A stretch of 64,000 nt of DNA from the human T2T-CHM13v2.0 reference genome, Homo sapiens. The DNA lies in assembly GCF_009914755.1 (NCBI RefSeq), contig NC_060926.1. One strand, 5' to 3'. The notes beneath the pieces are model-generated. The model was not told the DNA's origin, searched no databases, and saw only the letters and a program-made list of their open reading frames with translations. This document shows, piece after piece, positions 53,944 through 64,000 of this stretch. The stretch's first letter is position 1, and the number at the start of each line of letters is the position of its first letter. The translations under genes and the position numbers were made by a program.

Positions 53944-55138
53944 CATCTTCTCTTATTTCCTTGAGCAGTGGTTTGTAGTTCTCCTTGAAGAGGTCCTTCA
54001 CATCCCTTGTTAGCTGTATTTCTAGGTATTTTATTTTCTTTGTAGAAATTGTTAATGGGAGTTCATTTATGATTTGGCTCTCTGCTTGCCTAGTGTGGAT
54101 GTAAAGGAATCATTGTGATTTTTGCATATTGATTTTGTATCCTTAGACTTCAATGAAGTTGATTATCAGTTCAAGAAATTTTGGGGCTGGGATGATGGGC
54201 TTTTCTAAATATACAATCATGTCTTCTGCAATCAGAGACAACTTGACTTCCTGTCTTCCTATTTGAATACACTTTATTTCTTTTTCTTGCCTGATTGCCC
54301 TGGCCAGAATTTCCAATACTGTGTTGAATAGAAGTGGTGAGAGAGGGCATCCTTGTCTTGTACCAGTTTTTAAAGGGAATGCTTCCAGCTTTTGGTCATT
54401 CAATATGATATTGGCTGTGGATTTGTCATAAATAGCTCTTATTATTTCGAGATATGTTCCATCAATACCTAGTTTATTGAGACTTTTTAACATGAAGGAA
54501 TGTTGAATTTTATCAAAGGACTTTTCTGCATCTATTGAGATAATCATGTGTTTTTTGTCTTTGGTTTTGTTTATGTGATGGATTGTGTTTGTTGATTTGT
54601 GTATGTTGAACCAGCCTTGCATCCCAGGGATGAAGCAGATTTGATCATGGTGGGTAAGTTTTTTGATGTGCTGCTGGATTTGGCTTGCCAGTATAGTACT
54701 GAGGATTTTTACATTGATGTGCATTGGGATATTGGCCTGAAGTTTTTTTGTGGTGGTGTGTGTCTTCCCTGTTTTGGTATAAGGTTAATGCTAGCTTCAT
54801 AAATTGAGTTAAGGAGGAGTCCCTCTTTTTCAATTGTTTGGAATAGTTTTAGAAGGAATGGTACCAGCTTCTCTTTGTATTTCTGGTAGAATTCCACTGT
54901 GAATCCATATGGTCCTAGGCTTTTTAAAAAAATTGTTTTTGTTTGGCAGACTATTAATTACTGCTTCAATTTCAGAACCTGTTATTGTTCTATTCAGGGA
55001 TTCACCTTCTTCCTGGTTTAGTCTTGGTAGGGTGTATGCATCTGGGAATGTATCAGTTGCTTCTAGATTTTCTAGTTTATTTGTGTAGAGATGTTTATAG
55101 TATTCTCTGATGGTAGTTTGTATATCTGTGAGATCAGA

Positions 55139-55141
55139 ATA

Positions 55142-55176
<35 letters not shown>

Positions 55177-55187
55177 TTTTTTTTTTG
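55139..55187. repeat. (TA)n-Tn microsatellite at a ~100-bp deletion in L1PA8 ORF2
   Basis: Repeat sits between tgtgagatcag and ttttcaaaaaactagctcc, which are ~100 bp apart in the L1 at 13577-13700. Confidence 0.8.
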
Positions 55188-58100
55188 TTTTCAAAAAACT
55201 AGCTCCTGGATTCATTGATTTTTTTGGGGTATTTTTTGTGTCTCTATCTCCTTCAATTCTTCTCTGATCTTAGTTGTTTCTTGTCTTCTGCTAGCTTTTG
55301 GATTAGTTTGCTTTTGTCTCTCTAGCTCTTTTAATTGTGATGTTAGGATGTCGATTTGAGATCTTTCTAGCTTTTTGATGAGAGCATTTAGCACTATAAA
55401 TTTTCCTCTTAACACTGCTTTAGCTGTGTTGTAGAGATTCTGGTATGTTGTCTCTTTGTTCTCATTGGTTTCAAAGAACTTCTTGATGTCTGCCTTAATT
55501 TCACTATTTACCCAGGAGTCATTCAGGAGCAGGTTGTTCAGTTTCCATGTAATTATGTGGTTTTGAGTGAGTTTCTTAATCCTGAGTTCTAATTTGATTG
55601 CACTGTTGTCTGAGAGACTGTTTGTTATTATTTCCAATCTTTTGCATTTGCTGAGGAGTGTTTTACTTCCAATTATGTGGTTGATTTTAGAATAAGTGCT
55701 ACGTGGCACTGGGAAGAATGTATATTCTGTTGACTTTGGGTAAAGAATTCCGTAGATGTCTACTAGGTCCACTTGATCCAGAGCTGAATTCAAGTCCTGA
55801 ATATCCTCATTAATTTTCTGTCTCATTGACGTAATACTGACAGTGGGGTGTTAAAGCCTCCCACTATTATTGTGTGAGAGTCTAAGTATCTTTGCAGGTC
55901 TCTAAGAACTTGTTTTATGAATCTGGGTGCTCCTCTATTGGGTGCATATATATTCAGAATAGTTAGCTCTTCTTGCTGAATTGTTCTTTTTACCATTATG
56001 TAGTGCCCTTCTTCGTCTTTTTTGATCTTTGTTGGTTTAAAGTCTGTTTTTTTCAGAGACTAGGGTTGCAACCTCTGCTTTTTCTTTTTGCTTGGCAAAA
56101 TTTCCTCCATCCCTTTATTTTGAGCCAGTGTGTGTCTTTGCACATAAGATGGGTCTCCTGAATACAGCACACCAATGAGGCTTAACTCCTTATCCAATTT
56201 GCAAGTGTGTGTCTTTTAATTGAGGCATTTAGCCCATTTATATTTAAGGTTAGTATTGTTATGTGTGAATTTGATCCTGTCATCATGCTGCTATTTGGTT
56301 ATTTTGCACACTAGTTGATGCAGTTTCTTCATAGTGTCATTGGTCTTTATATTTTGGTGTCTTTTTGCAGTGGCTGGTACCGGCTTTTCCTTTTCATATT
56401 TAGTGTTTCTTTCTGGAGCTGTTGCAGGGAAGTCCTGGTGGTAATGAAATCCCTCAGCATTTGCTTGTCTGGAAAGGATTCTATTTCTCCTTTGCTTATG
56501 AAGCTTAGTTTAGCTAGATATGAAATTCTGCGTAGAAAACTGTTTTCTTTAAGAATGTTGTATACTGGCCCCAATCTCTTCTGGCTTATAGAGTTTCTAC
56601 TGAGAGGTCTGCTGTTAGTCTGATGGGCTTCCCTTTGTATGTGATCTGGCCTTTCTCTCTGGCTGCCCTTACCAGTTTTTCCTTCATTTTGATTTTGGAG
56701 AATCTGAGGATTATGTGTCTTGGGGTTGATCTTCTTGTGGAATATCTTAATGGTGTTCTCTTTATTTCCTGAATTTGCACATTGGCCTGTCTTGCTATGT
56801 TGGGGAAGTTCTCCTGGATAATATCCTAAAGTATGTTTTTCAGCTTGCTTCCATTCTCCCTGTCTCCTTCTGGTACTCCAATCAATTGTAGGTTTGGTCT
56901 TTTTACGAAATCCCATATTTCTTGGAGGCTTTTCTCATTCCTTTCATTCTTTTTTTTTCTATTCTTGCCTGCATGTCTTATTTCAGTAAGCTGGTCTTTA
57001 AACTCTGATATTCCTTCCTCCACTTAGTCAGTTTGGCTGTTGATACTTGTGTATGCTTCATGAAGTTCTCGTGTTGTGTTTTTTCAGCTACATCAGGTCA
57101 TTTATGTTCCTCTCTAAACTGGTTATTCTAGTTAGCAATTCCTCTAACCTTTTATCAAGGTTCTTAGCTTCTTTGCATTGGAATAGAACATGCTCCTTTA
57201 GTTCGTCATAGTTTCTTACTACTCATTTTCTGAAGCCTCCTTCTGTCAGTTTGTCCACCTGATCCTCCATCCCGTTCTGCGCCCTTGATGGAGAGACGTT
57301 GCAATCATTTGGAGGAGAAGAGGCACTCTGGCCTTTTGGGTTTTCAGCATTTTTTTTGTTGATCCTTTCTCATCTTTGTGAGTTTGTCTAGTTTCAGTCT
57401 TTGAGGCTGCTGACCCTTGGATGGGGTTTTTGTGGGGGCCTTTTTTTTTTGTTACTGTTGATGCTGTTGTTGTTGCTTTCTGCTTGTTTTTCTTTCAATA
57501 GTCAGGTCCCTCTTCTGTAGGGCTGCTGCAGTTTGCTGAGGGTTAACTTCAGGCCCTATTCATCTGATTTGCATCTGTGCCTTGAGATGTCACTCAAGGA
57601 GGCTGGAGAGCAGCAAAGATGGGTGCATTTTCCTTTTTCTGGGACCTCTGACCTTGAGGGGTACCAATCTGATGCCAGTAGAATTGCTCCTATATAGGGC
57701 ATCTGACAACCCATGTTGCAGGGTCTCATCTAGTTGGGTGCCATGGGGGAGAGGACCCATTTAATGAAGCACTCTGTCCCTTGGTGGAGAAGGTGTGTTT
57801 CACTGGGGGGAAACCCACTCACCTGGGATGCCCGGATTCCTCAGAACTACCAGAAGGAGAGGCTAAGTCTGTTGGTCCACAGAGACTGTGGCCACCCCTC
57901 CCCATAGGGGCTCAGGCCCAGGAAGATCCAAATTCTGTCCCTGAGACTCTGGCTGGAGATCCTGCAGGGAAGCTCTACCCACCAGGAAGGATGGGTCAAG
58001 GTTAGACTTGAAGAGGCACCCTGGCCACACACTGCCACAGCCGGTGTATTGAGTTGTGGGGACAAGTCTTGGGACGAAGCTGTCCAGCCTCCCTGGCTTA

Positions 58101-59956
58101 GCAGGGGACAAGCACAGCTTGGAGCTATAGAAATGGGTGCTGCTCTTCCCCCGCCCAGGAAGCTTAGCATGTTAGGCAGTTGGGAGTCCCGGTGCTGACT
58201 GCTGCCCTTCCCCTAATGAGCTCAAAGGGCTTAGAGAGCAGGCAGCCACAGCCGGTGCTGGTCGCCCCTCCCCCTGGGAGTTCCGCAGGCTTAAGCAGAT
58301 TGCAGCTGAGAGGCTGTAAGAATCTGTGCCTTCTGGGGTTGGGATGCTAGGCCCTGGTGGCATGGGTTTGCAAGTGGGATCTTCTGATCCATGGGTTGCA
58401 CAGTTCTGTGAAAAACACAGTTTCCCCAGCTGGGTAGCATGCTCACTCACCGCCTCCCTTGGCGGCCAGGATGGGGTTCCTCTTCCCCGTGTGGCTCTCA
58501 GGTGGGCCCCGCACCACACCACTCTTCCTCCTCTCCGTGGCTCACGCCAGCCTTCTAGTCAATTTCGATGAGAGAACCTGGATACCTTGATGGCCAGTGA
58601 TGGATTCACATGTTTATTATGTTTTTTTTTTTCTGATGGGAACCTCCAAATGGCTTTGCTTCTAGTTGGCCATCTTGGCCCCACCCCCCTGAGGCTGAGT
58701 TCTTAATGTGATTCTTAGCTTGGTTGCTGTTGGTGTACAGCAGGGCTACTGATTTGTGTACATTAATTTTGTATCCTGAAACTTTACTTAATTCATTTAC
58801 CAGCTCTAGGAGCTTTTTGGATGAGTCTTTAGGGTGTTGTAGGTATATGATTATATCACGGCAAACAGTGACAGTTTGATTTCCTCTCTTCTGATTTGGA
58901 TGCCCTTTCTCTTGTCTGATTGCTCTGACTAGGACTTCCAGTACTATGTTGAATAGAAGTGGTGAAAGTGGGCATGTTTGTCTTGTTCCAGTTCTCAGGG
59001 GGAATGCTTTCAACTTTTCCCTGCTCAGTGTAATGTTGGCTGTGGGTTTGTCATAGATGGGTTTCATTACCTTAAGCTGTGTCCCTTTTATGCTGATTTT
59101 GCTGAGGATTTTAATCATAAAGGGATGCTGGATTTTGTCAAATGCTGTTTCTGTGTCTATTGTGATGATCATGTGATATTTGTTTTTAATTCTGTTTATA
59201 TGGTGTATCACATTTATTGACTTGTGGATGTTAAACCATCCCTGCATCCCTGGTATGAAACCCACTTGGTCTTAGTGGATTACCTTTTTGATATGCCATT
59301 GGATTTGGTTAGCTAGTATTTTGTTGAGGATTTTTGCATCTATGTTCATCAGGGATATTGGTCTGTAGTTTTCTTTTTTTGTTATGTCCTTCCCTGATTT
59401 TGGTATTAGGGTGATACTGGCTTCATTGAATGATTTAGGGAGGATTCCCCATTTCTCTCTGTTTTGAAATAGTGTCAATATGATTGGTACCGATTCTTCT
59501 TCAAATGTCTGATAGAATTCAGCTGTGAATCTGGTCCTGGATATTTTGCTGTTTGCAATTTTTAAATTACCATTTCAATCTTGCCACCTGTTATTGGTTT
59601 GTTCAGAGTTTGTATATCTTCCTGATTTAATCTGAGAGAGGTGATACACTTTTTTTTTTTTTTTTTAGCAGCAAATTAATAGGTGTCAATGAACAGATAC
59701 TAACGCATGCCATCATAGGCCTCCTATTGGCACCCACAACAAATGACTCTCGGGAACTGCATTCCAGATTTTTTTACTTAAGTCCTCCTCTAAGTAACCC
59801 TGAAATCTGCAAATGAGAGGAGGAATAGAAAAAAAGTTGAGATTTTCTATTTCCTATTGTGGGTTGAATTAGAATCACTAGAGGCAGCAGGTTCCACTAC
59901 GAGGGTCATTTTAATTTCAAATATATTGTACTTACGTCCTTTTTTCTTCTATTAAG

Positions 59957-59998
59957 AATAAAAGGTGTTATAACAAACAGTACCATTGCTAAGGCAGG
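59957..59998 (+). other. Candidate 42-nt exon (phase 2 to 2), IKGVITNSTIAKAG
   Basis: Branch-like cttac (59931), pyrimidine tract, ttAAG acceptor, cagg|GTGAGT donor. Only one of three frames is open. Confidence 0.45.
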
Positions 59999-60009
59999 GT
60001 GAGTAAGCC

Positions 60010-60610
60010 CGATTCCAGGAGCCAGGTGGGCAGGTGGGCAAGTGGGCAGGGGCCGTTGGAGGCGGACTGGCCGCGGTGCTGCTTCCCGTGCTGCCTGCAA
60101 GGCCCCGGCGGATTCCCAGGGGTGCTCGTGACCCAGTCCCTCCAGGCCTAGCAGGCGCACGGGGCTGTGAGCCCTGCGTGTCCTAGGTCACTGCATGGGG
60201 CCACAGCCATCAGCCCCTTCACCGGGTCCCCAGATGGCTTGTCCTGTAGGCTGCAGCTGCATACTGCCTCCCTAGAGCCTGGCACTGCGGACCCAAGGAG
60301 CCGAGGACCGAGCTGCCGCCCTCCTCCCATCTCTGAGGCCTGCCGCGTCCACCCTAGCCTTGGTGGTAGTCTCTGTGCCAGGCCTGGAGTGAGCCTTCCA
60401 GGTCCTGTTCTGGAGGTCGTGCCGCCCACTGCAGGCGCACAGAGCATAGGGCACGGGCCCGCCTCAGCACTGGAGCTGCCTGGCCTGGCACGCGCTGCCC
60501 TGCCTCCCTGCTTGGACGGCCAGGACTCAGCCCAGGGTTCGTGGCCATGCAGGGCTCTAGACAGCGGCGCTGCAGAGCTTCCTGAGGTCGGCCGGGGCCA
60601 GGGATTGCCC
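60010..60610. promoter_or_regulatory. GC- and CpG-rich patch (weak or decaying CpG island)
   Basis: About 70% GC with roughly 30 CpGs in 600 bp by eye, far above background but probably under obs/exp 0.6. Confidence 0.5.
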
Positions 60611-63210
60611 TAATTACACTTCTTCCTCTGCCCAGTCTCTCCCTGCTACCTGCACCGATACTGACACCAAATGAAGTTCTCGCACCCCGGACTCCCTCTC
60701 TGGGTGCCACCGACATTACAGCTAGACTTTTGCTTTCCTATCCACCCTGTATTCTAAGCTCCCTGGGTCAGGGTCTGCCTGTTCCTCACCTGTGTTTCCT
60801 GTGGGCCCAGTGGCTGCTGTTGCGCACCTGGGGAGAAGAGACTGCAAGAGGGAACCTCCCTGTGCGCCCTTGGGGTGCGTTTCCTCGCCTTGTCCTCACT
60901 ACCCTCTGAGGTAGTACAATTGGCTGGATTTGCGGATGATCAAACTTAGACTCAGAGTGATTAAGTAACTTTCCCAAAGACACACAGCAGTGTTAGTTTG
61001 CCTCTAAATCATTCTGACTCCAACACACCCATTCTTAACCACTAGACGATTCCATCTCTTGCACGGCGGGCTGCCCAGATCTCTAAAACGTGAACTGAGA
61101 TTCACGACAGCTGACTTATCCTGAATGTGTGCGTGTACAAAGCAGGGTAAGTCTGTGAAAGCATGAAAGACCTCCTGGGGCAGCCAAAGACAAAAATGCT
61201 CCTTTTAACAAAATAATGAAATACTAGCACTCCTAGTGTCACTTCAACCTAAACCCTCTCTAGACACGACAGACAGACTGTCTAGATTTGATCAAAGAAA
61301 GTGAAATTTCATCCTCAGGTCTTTCAGAAAGGCAGTGTTGGAATTTGATTTCATAAAACAAAAAAATGATAAAAAAGGGTTCTTCTTTATATTGAACCAT
61401 AGAAATAGGAATATAGAAATCTGTACATAAGTTTCTACCTGTAGAAAATTTATTTCAGCATAAGGTAGTAGACAAGTTTTTAATCTTTGCCTTAAGAAAT
61501 TCTAAGCCCAATGAATGAATGAAAACAACGCCCCAAATTCCTTCCTCCTCCCCTCGTCCCTGAAGCCACTGCACACACAGAGAGTCCTCAGGAGGAGACT
61601 CATTGGAGATCAGGTTCCAGAGAGGGCACCTCCCTGTCCTTGCCATTTCCCTCACATCCTTCCCAAGGACTTTGGTGTTTCCAGGCAAACAATGAAACAA
61701 TGCCAAAATTAACAGGGCCCGAGCTCTCCACTTAAGCAAGGTGCCCTCAGAGGAGGGGATGTTCCGAAGAGGAAGATTAAATCAGCAAGTGAGGATAATG
61801 TCACTGTAACTTTGCAACATAAAGTGAAGTGGTATTGAACCATTGCCAATTATCATGTCAAAGGCCTAATTCATTTTGTTTTATCACATTTTCATGGTGC
61901 AGTTGTCTCAATGCCTTGTAAAGGAGCTAAGGTTAAATAAATCTTGATTTACAGGGACTAATATAATAGAGCAAGAGGACTCAGAGAGGCTGTTTTGCTC
62001 CACTGGATACATCATATACATTTTCTTTTTTCAAAAGACCCACATCTCCATCTATACATGATAGACTGCAGTAATTTCAAAAGAGCTATTGCAGTCAGTC
62101 TATCAGGTAGCTAATATGCATTCAAAAAGTTTTCTAAATATGTGCTCTTATGATAGATGGTACCTGACACAAAAATAATTTCTGTTATGAAAGACCCTAA
62201 ATGTACTACATAAATTTGATGTTTATATTTTAGCTTTGTGTATCCAGCCAGGGGCTCATCATGATGACTTTGGTTGGAAAAATTGCCTTCCTAACACCTT
62301 GTCAGCACCAAGCACACATAACTGTATGCTATGTGCTAGTTTATAACACGGCCTCCTTGGAGCCGTGCCTGCCCTCCTTTGCCCTCACATGCTGATTGGA
62401 TCTTTTTATAAACAAAGAGCATATATCCAAATATCATCCCTGTCAAAATCAAATTGTTCAGTATGGAAATGTGTGCATTGTGATAGTACATCCAGAGAGC
62501 TGGCCAACAAACAAGGAAAGGTTTTGACAACTCTGGAACAAAAATTAAATTAAATTGTCTGATGCTGAATTGGCAATGGGAATCATAATCAAGATGGCGA
62601 GATCCATATTTTATTGTAAACACATTTTCCCCTTTTGTTCAAAACCTACAATATGTTGGCTTGTCACCAACCTTGCACCATGGCCAATATAAGGGGGCCC
62701 TTGATGTATAGAAGCCATAGCTTACCAAAGCCCTGTCCACAGCCAGGCTGCGGCATTCTGTCGTGATTTCCTGCAATCTCTAGTCGTGGATTCCTGCCTC
62801 CTTTCTTCATGAGAGCTCTGTTGCAGTTATGCCCCACCTGCTCCAATTTGCTGGGATATCATGACTGGTTTCATCTTTTAATACTATATTCATCAAGCCA
62901 CACCTTTGTTTACAAACTTCAATGAAGATTTTGCACAAACGATGAAGTTCCTATTCCTTCACTTGGCCTTCAAGACTTTTCAGAATTTGAATTCAACATG
63001 ATTTTTTCAAGCCCAGCTCCTATTTCCCTGTTCTCTCAGCTACAGGAGAGAATCCATGTTGAACATTCAAGCTGGTTTATATATTGGATGTCCTGCCTTC
63101 TCTCAGCTTTTCTACATCTTCCAAGGACTTGTACAGGTTCCTCTGACCGATATTCATTTAAGACAGTTTTGAATACCTGGAACATCTATGTGCCCATCCA
63201 TGTTGAATAT

Positions 63211-63381
63211 CTGGAACACACACGCGCCCCTCTGTAGGTTTGAAGGAAAGGCAGACACAATCACTGGAACACACACGCACACACACCCCTCTGTAGGTTT
63301 GAAGGAAAGGCAGACACAATCACTGGAACACACACTCACACACACCCCTCTGTAGGTCTGAAGGAAAGGCAGACACGATCA
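63211..63381. repeat. Tandem repeat, 53-59-bp unit x3 with an internal variable (CA)n
   Basis: ctggaacacacac..cccctctgtaggt(t/c)tgaaggaaaggcagacac(a/g)atca units at 63211, 63264, 63323. Confidence 0.93.
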
Positions 63382-64000
63382 TTATAATTCAAACATGGAA
63401 GGTGTCCATGGCTCTGACTCAGGGGAGAAAGTGTGTTCTTCTGTTTTGAAAGATAGGGAAGGTTTCAGAGATGGGAAGTGCTTACCAGGGCCTTGAGGAA
63501 CAAACAGAAGTTCATGAGGACGACCCAGGTGAGGAGGAGTGATGTGACAAGCCAAGGGAAGAGCATGTGCAGAAACATGGAAGCTCAAAGGGGGTGAAGT
63601 GGAACGACCCAAGTTCCTTGGAAATGCAGGGGCAGGGGCCAGGCCTGGAGGGCTTTGCAGGTCAGGCTACGTGGCCTGTGTCTGTAGACACAGAAAACAA
63701 TGAAAGTGTTTGAGAAGGAAAAATGGCATATTTAGAGAAGTTTTAGAAAGCCAATGTATGATTATGGGAGGAGAGAATTGGAAGGGGATGGAGCTGAAAG
63801 CAGGGAGGTGGCTAAGAGTATTCCGAGTGGCAACGTCTTGCACAGCAGCTCCCCACACTTAGGTTTTTCCTTTCCTCTGTCTAGAGATCTGAGCTGCGGG
63901 GGGACCACTCATTTGGCGCTTTCTCTTTATTCCTCTGTGGTGATGTCTTTCTTGCCCATTTAGGTCACAGTTATTAGTAGCAATGAAGACAGCAATGAGC

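Larger units (their letters stand above)
51572..58690 (-). mobile_element. Full-length L1PA8-like element (ORF1/ORF2 broken by frameshifts)
   Basis: PA8-type 3' end (ttcttctaaaaa..atacatgtgcagaa), ORF2 pieces 51764-55826, ORF1 pieces 56347-57023, 5' end gccatcttggcccc. 16-bp TSD ggggttgagttcttaa / gaggctgagttcttaa. Confidence 0.92.
49129..59642 (-). mobile_element. 5'-truncated L1PB1 hosting a THE1 LTR, an Alu and a full-length L1PA8
   Basis: L1PB 3' UTR at ~49140, ORF2 remnants to 51570, resuming 58707-59640. TSD gatacacttt (49119-49128, 59643-59652). Confidence 0.9.

Noticed and set aside
52336-55826. Long ORFs (276, 193, 204 aa) with RT/endonuclease similarity
   Set aside because: Fragments of dead L1PA8 ORF2 broken by frameshifts, a nested L1 and a deletion; not a host gene or an active element
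60148-60716. Overlapping 99-148-aa ORFs in the GC-rich patch
   Set aside because: Stop-poor because of GC content, open on both strands, with no recognisable protein features

Overview
Primate (most likely human/hominoid) nuclear DNA, with about half of the window made of recognisable transposable elements. It holds two large minus-strand nested LINE-1 stacks (4.6-17.3 kb and 49.1-59.6 kb), a complete THE1 (MaLR) provirus, solo THE1, MLT2 and MLT1 LTRs, about 11 Alus, the hAT MITEs MER1A, MER33 and MER53, MIRs, several minisatellites and a CpG-rich patch near 60 kb. I recognise no intact protein-coding gene, and nearly all ORF-track entries are TE- or repeat-derived. The most interesting signal appears when the 12.7-kb L1 stack is removed at its target-site duplication (TSD). 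This rebuilds a 117-nt open, AG/GTAAGT-bounded exon (4537-4601 + 17279-17330) that is phase-compatible with candidate exons at 2335-2368 and 20740-20894, suggesting a + strand gene whose exon was split by an L1 (possible unitary pseudogene, family not identified). Other notable structures: a recent ~180-bp inverted duplication whose breakpoint lies in a perfected MER1A hairpin, an apparent L1 3' transduction carrying older L1MA DNA, an mRNA-like fragment captured inside an L1PB, and a minisatellite built from tandem 5' splice sites. Subfamily calls come from remembered consensus sequences and need RepeatMasker/Dfam confirmation.
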